Origin: Minisyncoccota bacterium
GTDB taxonomy: Bacteria > Patescibacteriota > Minisyncoccia > Phycocordibacterales > UBA2100
Direction: 5' to 3'
NCBI GenBank assembly: GCA_035708165.1
Contig: DASSSZ010000001.1
Span: 165,814 to 229,813 of the forward strand
Length of the DNA stretch: 64,000 nt
Shown: positions 1-8,044 of the stretch, piece after piece
Position numbering within the stretch: the stretch's first letter is position 1
Layout: the number at the start of each line of letters is the position of its first letter
Notes under the pieces: generated by a model
The model's database searches: none
What the model was told of the DNA's origin: nothing
What the model saw: the letters and a program-made list of their open reading frames with translations, nothing else
Program-made: the position numbers and the translations under genes

Positions 1-772
1 GAACCGCCCTTGGTGCTGTGATCCTTGCCGGCGCCTTCCACGGCTACATTCAGCGTACGCCACTTCGCGGGCCACTCCACCTTCCATGGCAGCTTGGCGC
101 GGCCGTCGAATGGCGTCGTCCGGCCCGTGTGCCCGCACCCCTTCGCCCACGCGACCATCTCCGGCTCGCAGCGGTACGTGACGTACTGCCCGTCCCAGCC
201 TGTCGCGCGCGTGGTGCCGACCTTGCCGCACTGCTCGCAGATGACGTTGATCGGATACCAATCGTCCGGGCGCTCCGCACCCGAGACTTCCTTGTAGATC
301 TGCCGGATGAGCTCAGCCTTGTCGAGGGCCTGCGCGATGACGCCATTCAGCTTCCCCTGCACGTAGAGCTCGCTCGCGCGGTAGAAGGTCGGATCGTAGC
401 CGGTATCCCGGATCACCTGCTCGAATTCCTGCCCGAAGTATTCGGCATAGTTGTCGAATCCAGGCTCAGGCGACGGCACCGCATTGAGCGGCTTGCCCAT
501 GTACGGCTCGTACGCGGCCTGATCGAGGTACGCCGGGAGCCCATCCATCGGATCGAAATCGTTGATCTCGTACATGAAGAGGACGGGCACGCCCGCCTCG
601 GCGAGCGCTTCCGCGGCCGCTCCGTGGATCCCCACGCCGCGCATGGAGCCCACGTGCACCCGGCCGGATGCCGTCTTCTCGTCGCGCACGATCAGGAGCT
701 CATCCGTCTCGAGATCTGCTGCACGCGCCTTCTTGATCTCCTCTACCGCCTTATCTACCCAGAGCATATAGC
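1..772 (-). CDS. lysK: Class I (archaeal-type) lysyl-tRNA synthetase, N-terminal ~257 codons; gene continues past the window start
   Basis: My own minus-strand translation from ATG at 772 reads MLWVDKAVEEIKKARA...SGRVHVGSMRG...DDWYPINVICEQCGK...YRCE..CGH...PFDGRAKLPWKVEWPAKWRTLNVAVEGAGKDHSTKGG. It matches class I LysRS hallmarks (HIGH-like motif, Zn-ribbon insertion, PWxVxWPxxW, GKDH). It is absent from the ORF track because the frame runs off the edge. The 275-aa plus-strand ORF 18..845 is its antisense. Confidence 0.65.
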
Positions 773-823
773 CTTCATCCTAGCAGAAAAACGCTTCCCG
801 TGCCGTCCCGCTCCGAGGCGGGT

Positions 824-861
824 AAAAAAGAAATGTACATTATAATGTACATTTCTTTTTT
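824..861. promoter_or_regulatory. 38-nt perfect AT-rich palindrome AAAAAAGAAATGTACATTATAATGTACATTTCTTTTTT. Reads as a hairpin plus U-tract terminator for greA, and a TATAAT -10/operator upstream of lysK.
   Basis: The sequence is exactly self-complementary. It carries a central TATAAT hexamer and is flanked by A6 and T6 runs. It is the only AT-rich stretch in a GC-rich intergenic region between greA (3' end) and lysK (5' end). Confidence 0.5.
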
Positions 862-891
862 CCGGCCGGGATACGCCAGCGCAGGATGCTG

Positions 892-1362
892 CTACTCAAC
901 CGAGACGATCTTGTACTTCTGCATGCCCTTGGGCGTCTCGAACTCGAAGGACTCGCCCTTCTTCTTGTTCATCAGCGCAGCGCCCATCGGCGAGAGGTGC
1001 GAGATCTTGCGCTCCTGCATGTTCGCCTCCGCCGAGCCGACGATCTCGTACACATGCTCTTCCTTCTCGCCAGTCTTCTGGATCTTCACCTTGCTGCCGA
1101 GCGAGACGGTCCCGCCCTTCTTCGGCTCGATGATGCGCGCATGCGCGAGCAGGCCCTCGATGGCGCGGATGCGCTCTTCGGTCGCCGCCTGCAGGTCGCG
1201 CGCCTCCTGGTACTCCGCGTTCTCGGAGAGGTCGCCGAGGCTGCGTGCGTACTCGAGCTGCTCTGCAATCTCGCGACGACGGGTCGTCTTCAGGATGTCG
1301 AGCTCACTGCGCAGCTCATCGAACTTTTCCTGGGTGAGATAGTTGTTATTGTCTTCGCCCAT
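892..1362 (-). CDS. greA: Transcription elongation factor GreA
   Basis: 156 aa. N-terminal coiled-coil (YLTQEKFDELRSELDIL...) and C-terminal FKBP-like domain (GSKVKIQ...EYEIVG), canonical GreA length. Confidence 0.9.
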   Translation of the reverse strand: MGEDNNNYLTQEKFDELRSELDILKTTRRREIAEQLEYARSLGDLSENAEYQEARDLQAATEERIRAIEGLLAHARIIEPKKGGTVSLGSKVKIQKTGEKEEHVYEIVGSAEANMQERKISHLSPMGAALMNKKKGESFEFETPKGMQKYKIVSVE

Positions 1363-1465
1363 AAGTCACTCGGGTTATTGATTGCGCATAATTGTACAGG
1401 CTCCCTGCAAAAGCACAATGTACCGCGTTATCCCCGTTTCCGGCCGCCTCAGACGCCATGCAAGA

Positions 1466-1492
1466 CAGAAGAACCCCGCAGGCGCGGGGTTC
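1466..1492 (-). terminator. Intrinsic terminator downstream of the cohesin gene
   Basis: GAACCCCGC-aggc-GCGGGGTTC 9-bp GC stem, with a U-rich tract on the minus-strand transcript (..UUCUUCUGUCUU). Confidence 0.45.
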
Positions 1493-1508
1493 TTCGGGAA
1501 GGGAGCGG

Positions 1509-2243
1509 CTAGGCCTTGCGACGGGAGAGCCAGTACCACGCTGCGAGAGCGATGATCACCAGGAGCGCGATGAGCGCCCATACCCATGCCGGGATGCTGA
1601 TGCCGGCAGCAGCCGCCGCGGCAGCCTCAAGGCTGCTCGTGGCCGTGCTGGTCGCGACCGCCGTGGTCGCAGCGCTCGCCTGCGACGCGCCGGAGGAGAC
1701 GCTGCGTGCGGGGACGGTGACCGGGCCGGCGATATTGTTCGACTGCGGCGCCGCGCCGATCCCCTGCTCAGCAGGCGTCTGCTCCGCGATCACGATGCGC
1801 GCCGTTCCCTGCGTACCTGTGAGCGTATCAACGGTGTTGGTATCGTACGCGATGGAATCGACCCTATCGACGGCGATCGTCGCCACGCCTGCCGCCTTCG
1901 CGGTGAAGGTGATGGTGCCGAAGGTCGCCTCGGCGCTCGTGCCGCTCGGGTAGCCGGCGGTCTTGATGATCTCGCCGCCGCCCATCTGGTCGTAGCCCGC
2001 CTGCGTCATGCCGACCCAGTTCGGCCCGAACGAGAAGGAGGTCGGGGTCAGGAGATCCGCCGGGTAGTCGATCGCCGCCTTCACGGCCGTGAGCGTCTTC
2101 CCTGCCGGGTCGATCGCGACCGTCACCGTGATCGTCTGGCCAGGCGTGACCGAGGTGGCCTGCGGGGCAAGCCCGATCGAGGAAGCCTGCGCGACGACCG
2201 GAAGCGCGAACGCGAGGAGCGAGAGAATGAATGCCTGTTTCAT
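1509..2243 (-). CDS. Membrane-anchored cohesin-domain protein (signal peptide, ~120-aa cohesin-like beta-sandwich, Ser/Ala/Thr linker, C-terminal TM helix + RRKA)
   Basis: N-terminal MKQAFILSLLAFALPVVAQA signal peptide. Pattern TVTVAIDPAGKTLTAVKAAIDYPADLL...GMTQ...GGEIIKTAGY...ATFGTITFTAKAAGVATIAV resembles type I cohesins. C-terminal IPAWVWALIALLVIIALAAWYWLSRRKA is a TM anchor. It lies 26 nt downstream of the dockerin-bearing giant ORF. Confidence 0.55.
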   Translation of the reverse strand: MKQAFILSLLAFALPVVAQASSIGLAPQATSVTPGQTITVTVAIDPAGKTLTAVKAAIDYPADLLTPTSFSFGPNWVGMTQAGYDQMGGGEIIKTAGYPSGTSAEATFGTITFTAKAAGVATIAVDRVDSIAYDTNTVDTLTGTQGTARIVIAEQTPAEQGIGAAPQSNNIAGPVTVPARSVSSGASQASAATTAVATSTATSSLEAAAAAAAGISIPAWVWALIALLVIIALAAWYWLSRRKA

Positions 2244-2269
2244 ATCAGTCAGTCAGGAGTGCTGGTAAG

Positions 2270-5200
2270 CTAGTTGGTCCAGTGGGCCATGAGCAGGTTG
2301 AGATCATCGATGTTGACCACGCCGTCATGGTTGAGGTCCGCCGAGCCGCCGTTGCCGCCGATCGCTGCCATGAGAAGCGCGAAGTCGAGGAAGTTCACGT
2401 GCCCGTCGTGGTTGAGGTCGCCAAGGAGCGAGAGAAGCCCGAAGATGCCGCCCCCGCCGACGATGCTCACGCTCGGCGTAGACGCCGCATCGATCGGGTG
2501 CACGACCTGCGCCGAGGAGCTCTGGTCATAGCCGGCTGCCGGCTGGTATGTCGCTGCGATCGTGATGCTGCCCGCCGTGCTCGTGAGCGAAGATGGGATG
2601 TCGCACGCGCCATCCGCGACCGGTGCCGAGCACCCGGCGCCGCCGTTCACGGAGACGTCTACGGTGCCGCTCGTCACGGTTGCCCCGGCGTCATCCGTCA
2701 CCTTCCACTCAACAGTCACCGGATCGCCCGCGGTGCTGGCGTTCGCTGAAAGGTCGCTCGCGTTCGTAATGGTGGTGTTCGTGCTGCTATCCGGCTCGAA
2801 GTCGACCGTCGTCTCCGTCGGGTTCATGCCGGACGTCTCGAACGTGAGGTTATCGACATCGCCGATGTAGCTCGAGCCGATGCTATTGTCCACCTTGAAG
2901 CCGGCAAGGCCATTGATCGTGAGGCCCGGGTACGCGGCGATGATAGTGCTCCACGAGCAGGTGCTCGCGGCAGTACAGCCGGAATCGGTCTCAAGCGTCG
3001 CATCCGTGAACCACCAGCCAGCGGCACTCGTCAGCGGATTCCATGTCTGCCAGCTGCCGAGCGCGGCGCCGGACGGCGTGTAGACGAGGCGGCCCTGGCC
3101 GGTTGCCGTCGAGGTCGTTGCGATATCCATGACGAGCATCGGGGTCAGCGCTACGTCGCCCGACTCGCCGTACGTCGAGTACGAGAGGCTGGTCAGGTCT
3201 GCGAGCGAGTTCCCGACGAAGCCGTCCGTGCCGAGAATCTCGGACTTACCGGCCGACTGCCCGAAGTGGGCGCTGCCGTTCCCTGCCGGCGCGGCGCCCG
3301 GGCCGCTGATGAAGCCTTCGAGGTTGTTGTCGATGCCGCCCGCGACGCTTGCGTCATTGAAGTAGAACCACTTGGACGGATCGCTCACGGCCGTGGCGAC
3401 GAGGTCGCCCGGGCGCAGCACGATGTTCGCAGTGGTCGTTGCCGTCGGCGTCGTACCGCCGGTGCCTGAGTTATCGACAGTCACCTTGACCACCGGACTC
3501 CAATCGCTCTCGTTACCTGCCGCATCAATCGCTTTCACGTGCAGGTAATACGTACCTGCGGGCGTGCCCGGAGTCGCGAGAGTCGTGTTCGTGATGTCAT
3601 TAACGGTTGCGATAGTGCTTGCGAATGAGCCATCTGCATTCGTCACGCCATCAAGCGAGGCTTCGTAGTCGTACGTGACCGGCGTGCCCGAATCGCTCGA
3701 ATCCGTCCAGCTAATCTGCTGCCAGCCCGCAGTCGTGGTCGCGCTGCCATCTGCAGGCGATGTGATAGTCGGCATTGCAGGCGCATGCGTATCGATGGTC
3801 ATGCTCCAGATAGAGCTCCAATCGCTCTGGTTGCCATCCGCATCAGTGGCCCGGACCTGCCAGTACCATGTGCCGTCTGGAGCGCCCGTCGAATGGATCG
3901 AGGGAGTCGTAAGCGTGCCAGAAGTCCACAGACCGGTCGTGAGCACGCCACCCGTCTCTGCCGGATTCATCGAGGAATGGAATACGTAGCTGAGCGGTGC
4001 CTTGCCTATCGAATCTGCCCACGTGAAGTAGAAGTCGTTCGTCGAGGTCGCAGCGCCATCACTCGGCGTCAGAAGCAGCGGTGCAGTCGGAATAGCAGGA
4101 ATCACGACATTCTGCACTGTGATGGTCGGCGAGCTGCCAGCAAAGTGATTGTTACCCGCCTTGTCGAAGATGTCTGCCTTGATCGTGTACGTACCATCCG
4201 CAAGACCTGAGACATCATAGCTAAATGTGCCAGAAGCAGCGTCCCACGTGGCCGGCTGATTATTGACGACATAGCCGCCAAATGTGCCATTGTTGAGCTT
4301 CGTTACATAGACATTCACATGGTCAACGCCCGAGAGATTGTCGGTCGCGGTACCGGTAATCGTGAATGTGCCTGTTTGCGTGCTGCTATTTACAGGCGCA
4401 GTAATCGAGCCATTCGGACGAGTGCGGTCGATGATCAGATCCTGCTGCGCGCCGCCACCGTAACCTGCGTTGTCGCTAGCGTGGATGCGGAGCGTGTAGG
4501 TGTGACCTTCGGTGAGGCTCTTCGTGTTGATCATGCACGAGGTAGTCGCGTTCTTGCTATCGGCGCTCGTGACGGTGCTCAGGCTTCCGCTGGTGCAACC
4601 CGCAACCCATGAGTTGCCATGCGTGACCGAGGGGTCGCGGACATCGAAGAGCACGGCCTTGAGGGCGACATTGTCGCTTGCCTCGCCAGCAACGCTGAAG
4701 TCGCTGTTCACGTATTTCGCCGGGGCCGGATCGAAGTGCGCCGTCGGGCCGTGCGTGTCATACGAGAGCGTAAACGGCGCAGAAAGCGGCGAGACAACAT
4801 TATTGCGATTGACTGCTTCGACCTGGAACGTGTATTTGCCCTGCTGCGAACCGAATGCTTCACCTGAGGCGATCCAGCTCCAATTATTTGCCCCCTGATA
4901 CGACAGCTTTGTCGAACCGTCAGGATAGGTTGTCAGAATGCGATAACCGGCAACAGCTATTGTCGGGACCTTCCAACCGAGCAGGAGATTATTTCCCGTC
5001 GTTGAGGCGATCTTGTTCAGTGTCGTGCCGTCAGCAATGTTTTGAGCGTCATTCTGGAATTTCGCGTAGAGACCGGTCGGTGTGTCCGGTGTAGGCACCA
5101 CGAACGAGGTGGCGACACTCACATTGTCGAAGAGGAAGCCGTTGCCAGCGTCAGCCGGATTGGCAGTGCCACGCGCCTGGAAGATGAGCCGGTCGATCGA

Positions 5201-7771
5201 AGGGAGCGTGTTCCCGTTGCCAGCCTGCTCCGGGTCGTTGCGGTAGTAATCCTCCCAGCTGCCGCCGGTGTGGACGAGCGTACCATCAATGTCGATTTTG
5301 ACGACATCATTGCCCACACCATCGTTGAAGTCCATGACGAACTTGACGGTGTGGGCCGTCAAACGGCTGAGTGCTGGAATGATTCCGCTTCCACCAGCGA
5401 TTTCGGTTTCATTCCATACCGCTGCCTGGCCGCTCGTCGGGTCCGTCGCGTCGTCGAAGAAGACATGGATGCCGTCGGACTCATCAACGAAGCGCAGGTA
5501 GCTCATGCGGCTGCCATTCGCGTCCGTCGGAGAGACGGAAAGCTCCATGCCCGGCTGCTCATCGAGCATCGTCGAGGCGATGTCGAACTGCGCCTCGAAG
5601 TGATTCATCGTCGCGCCCGAAGCTGTCTCCCCTGCCGGCGCTGCAGCCGGTGCAGAGAAGACCCAGTCGCCGAAGCTGCCGCTCGTCTTCTGATCCGAGA
5701 TGCGGAGCGCATTGCAGCCGAAGCTGGTGAAGCCGTAGACATTCGCGACGATCGCCTGGTCGTACGGGCCGGTCGCGCTCCAGCCATCCTGGCCGTTCAC
5801 GCTGCCGAGCGTATCGCCATCGAAGGTGCTGCTATTGCAGGCCGCAGGCGAGAGCAGGCTCGCGTAGGTGGGCCAGCTCGGCGCGCCCTGGCTGAAGTTC
5901 GAGTTCGTCACGCTCTCGGTGCCGTTCGTGCCCGTGACCGTGATGGTGACACTCTTGGGAGTCGTGAAGGTACTCCAGGCCGCCGGGTCGCTGGTCCAGT
6001 ACGAATCCGTCGCAGGAACGTACGTGCCTGCCTCGATGACGAACGGAGCGGTGAACTGGTACGGAGCTGTATTTCCGTCAATAAGATTGAAGAGGTCCTG
6101 CGTGCCATGCTTGATCGCGTGCGTACCATCGGCGCGCATCATGTCTACCGTGACCGCGCTTACCGTGCCGAAGTCCTTGGCATCGAAGCCGACACTCACG
6201 CCCTTATAGGTCGAATCATTGACCGTGTTGAAGTTCTCAGCGTTGAGGACGGATTTCGGTGCATCCGGCTCAAAATCATACGTCGTTGCTCCTGTTGATG
6301 TCCCAATCGTGAAATTATCCACGTTGCCATCGAATGCCTGCCCGTCCGCGCCATTCGTCCGCAGAATGAGCCTCCCGGAGATAGCAGCGTGGGGATAATC
6401 GGTGAGCAGCTCTGACCAGGTGCACGGATTGCTTTGTGTGCACAGGCTAGTAGCACCACCGCTCAGCTTGCTATGTGAGAACCACCAATTCCCCGTACCA
6501 GAACCTGCTGTGTCATCAAGCGTATTCCAAGTCTGCCATGTGCCCGTATCCACTGTCTGAGTGAAATAAGGCTCGTACGTGAGACGGCCCTGATAGCTCG
6601 TATCACCATCTGTCGTATCACTATCGACATCGAATCCTAGAGATGCAGCCTGTGCGGGGTCGCCACTCGCACGATATGTCGAGTACGAGAGGCTTGTGAT
6701 GTCACTCAAAGCTGTGCCTGCGAACTGCGTTGTTGCAATTCCATATTTATCAGTCGTCGTCTTCGTCAGATGCACGCTTCCCGTCCCGGCGACTGGTGTC
6801 CCAGGCCCAGAGACGAAGCCGTGATCTGCCGTATCGCTTTGTACAGCATCAGCCTGATCGTCATACAGATTCCACTGATTCAAATCACTGGGTGTAACTG
6901 TCACAACCGTGGGGGTGGCAGACGGTGAGATGAAGCCATATGTAGATTCAAGCACCGGGCTTGCATTTCCCGCCGCGTCGTATGCAATCGCATATATGCT
7001 CTCGGCAGAACTTACGGAAATGGGACCGGTATACAGCGTACCGATAGTCTTTCCATTCGCCGCAGACAGTGCACCATTATTGATGGTGTAATAGATGGAT
7101 GGTTCTGCTCCGCTATTATCTCTGCTAGTAAGGGTTACGGTCTGTGCCACAGAATAGAATCCATGATTCGGAGTCGCCACGGGCTCGGTCGGAGCCGTTG
7201 TGTCCCGCGCAGCGACGACATTCGATGCGTCCTTGGTCGGCGTGTCGGTCAAGCCCCAGGTCGAGCCGCCATCGGTGGTTCGATAGGCGGACTGACTCGT
7301 TGCTGGCGTCGGAGCATAGTCATAATCAATCGTCGAAGTCGATGCGGAGCCATATGCGACGGCGTTGATGGTCGTTGCGGTCCCATCAGCAAGAATGATT
7401 TCATCTCCATCATCATTGAGCTTATTGCTTGCGTCTGCCGTAACAAATCCATGTGCAGGGATGGATGATGCCGAGAGCGTGAAGGAGTTCCCGGCAATAT
7501 CTTTGAGAGTCCATGAGCTCAGGTCAATGTCCGATGCGGTCGTGTTGTAGAGCTCGACCCAATCAGAAGAACCATTATCGGATGAGAACTCATTGATAAC
7601 GACATCGCCGGTCGTTGCGGCGATCGCCGAAGCCGGCACGACTGCGAGGGGTGCGAACGAGCTCGCGATCATCGCGGTGATCGTGATGACGCTCGCCGAC
7701 TTGCGTGCGAGGCGGCCGAGCGCGCGGCGCGTACGGAAATGGAAGAAACGCAGGAATGAAGATGTATTCAT
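2270..7771 (-). CDS. Giant (1833 aa) secreted surface protein: signal peptide, lamin-tail domain, Ig/FN3-like domains, two copies of a ~175-aa unknown module, C-terminal type I dockerin
   Basis: Start set at MNTSSFLRFF (ATG 7771, AAGGA 7 nt upstream). The track ORF starts 14 codons earlier at 7813 without an SD. LTD motif VVINEFSSDNGSSDWVELYN..WTLKD. The C-terminus GDLNHDGHVNFLDFALLMAAIGG..ADLNHDGVVNIDDLNLLMAHW is a duplicated Ca-binding dockerin repeat. Thr/Ser/Gly-rich throughout. Confidence 0.8.
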   Translation of the reverse strand: MNTSSFLRFFHFRTRRALGRLARKSASVITITAMIASSFAPLAVVPASAIAATTGDVVINEFSSDNGSSDWVELYNTTASDIDLSSWTLKDIAGNSFTLSASSIPAHGFVTADASNKLNDDGDEIILADGTATTINAVAYGSASTSTIDYDYAPTPATSQSAYRTTDGGSTWGLTDTPTKDASNVVAARDTTAPTEPVATPNHGFYSVAQTVTLTSRDNSGAEPSIYYTINNGALSAANGKTIGTLYTGPISVSSAESIYAIAYDAAGNASPVLESTYGFISPSATPTVVTVTPSDLNQWNLYDDQADAVQSDTADHGFVSGPGTPVAGTGSVHLTKTTTDKYGIATTQFAGTALSDITSLSYSTYRASGDPAQAASLGFDVDSDTTDGDTSYQGRLTYEPYFTQTVDTGTWQTWNTLDDTAGSGTGNWWFSHSKLSGGATSLCTQSNPCTWSELLTDYPHAAISGRLILRTNGADGQAFDGNVDNFTIGTSTGATTYDFEPDAPKSVLNAENFNTVNDSTYKGVSVGFDAKDFGTVSAVTVDMMRADGTHAIKHGTQDLFNLIDGNTAPYQFTAPFVIEAGTYVPATDSYWTSDPAAWSTFTTPKSVTITVTGTNGTESVTNSNFSQGAPSWPTYASLLSPAACNSSTFDGDTLGSVNGQDGWSATGPYDQAIVANVYGFTSFGCNALRISDQKTSGSFGDWVFSAPAAAPAGETASGATMNHFEAQFDIASTMLDEQPGMELSVSPTDANGSRMSYLRFVDESDGIHVFFDDATDPTSGQAAVWNETEIAGGSGIIPALSRLTAHTVKFVMDFNDGVGNDVVKIDIDGTLVHTGGSWEDYYRNDPEQAGNGNTLPSIDRLIFQARGTANPADAGNGFLFDNVSVATSFVVPTPDTPTGLYAKFQNDAQNIADGTTLNKIASTTGNNLLLGWKVPTIAVAGYRILTTYPDGSTKLSYQGANNWSWIASGEAFGSQQGKYTFQVEAVNRNNVVSPLSAPFTLSYDTHGPTAHFDPAPAKYVNSDFSVAGEASDNVALKAVLFDVRDPSVTHGNSWVAGCTSGSLSTVTSADSKNATTSCMINTKSLTEGHTYTLRIHASDNAGYGGGAQQDLIIDRTRPNGSITAPVNSSTQTGTFTITGTATDNLSGVDHVNVYVTKLNNGTFGGYVVNNQPATWDAASGTFSYDVSGLADGTYTIKADIFDKAGNNHFAGSSPTITVQNVVIPAIPTAPLLLTPSDGAATSTNDFYFTWADSIGKAPLSYVFHSSMNPAETGGVLTTGLWTSGTLTTPSIHSTGAPDGTWYWQVRATDADGNQSDWSSIWSMTIDTHAPAMPTITSPADGSATTTAGWQQISWTDSSDSGTPVTYDYEASLDGVTNADGSFASTIATVNDITNTTLATPGTPAGTYYLHVKAIDAAGNESDWSPVVKVTVDNSGTGGTTPTATTTANIVLRPGDLVATAVSDPSKWFYFNDASVAGGIDNNLEGFISGPGAAPAGNGSAHFGQSAGKSEILGTDGFVGNSLADLTSLSYSTYGESGDVALTPMLVMDIATTSTATGQGRLVYTPSGAALGSWQTWNPLTSAAGWWFTDATLETDSGCTAASTCSWSTIIAAYPGLTINGLAGFKVDNSIGSSYIGDVDNLTFETSGMNPTETTVDFEPDSSTNTTITNASDLSANASTAGDPVTVEWKVTDDAGATVTSGTVDVSVNGGAGCSAPVADGACDIPSSLTSTAGSITIAATYQPAAGYDQSSSAQVVHPIDAASTPSVSIVGGGGIFGLLSLLGDLNHDGHVNFLDFALLMAAIGGNGGSADLNHDGVVNIDDLNLLMAHWTN

Positions 7772-8044
7772 GATTGAATCCTTATAGATAAGATTTTCTG
7801 ATGATGCGCTCATCGCATCGCCAGGCTTGGACGCACCTTAGTAGGAATTACATGAGTCTTACATGAAGGCGGGACCCCATGTACGCTTCACGTAGCCTGG
7901 CCTAATACAACTACCGCCAGCTAGCTGCGTCAATGTTTCTAATCGGCTAGCGCACGGACCTATCGGACAGTAAAGAGGGGCCCGCCGAGGTGTCCGTTAC
8001 TGCACCTCGACGTATAGCCATATTATGTGCTGTACGAGGTATAG

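Noticed and set aside
18-845. 275-aa plus-strand ORF at the window start
   Set aside because: It is antisense to the class I LysRS reading frame that I translated manually from the minus strand. The plus-strand product is Arg/Leu-rich without motifs.
5042-6298. 418-aa plus ORF, and other long antisense ORFs (8165..9931, 10968..12749, 47237..48988, 57724..59130, 60013..61782, 61861..63339)
   Set aside because: All are embedded antisense within well-supported genes (giant adhesin, mrdA, mreB/mreC, Mo-oxidoreductase, second giant protein). They show the extreme Arg/Asp/Glu/Ala bias of reverse-strand GC-rich coding DNA.
7814-8044. Relatively AT-richer 230-nt intergenic region between mrdA and the giant adhesin gene; possible sRNA
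   Set aside because: It contains the adhesin RBS/promoter region and a weak mrdA terminator-like hairpin (CGAGGTG...CACCTCG). I saw nothing supporting an independent RNA gene beyond that.
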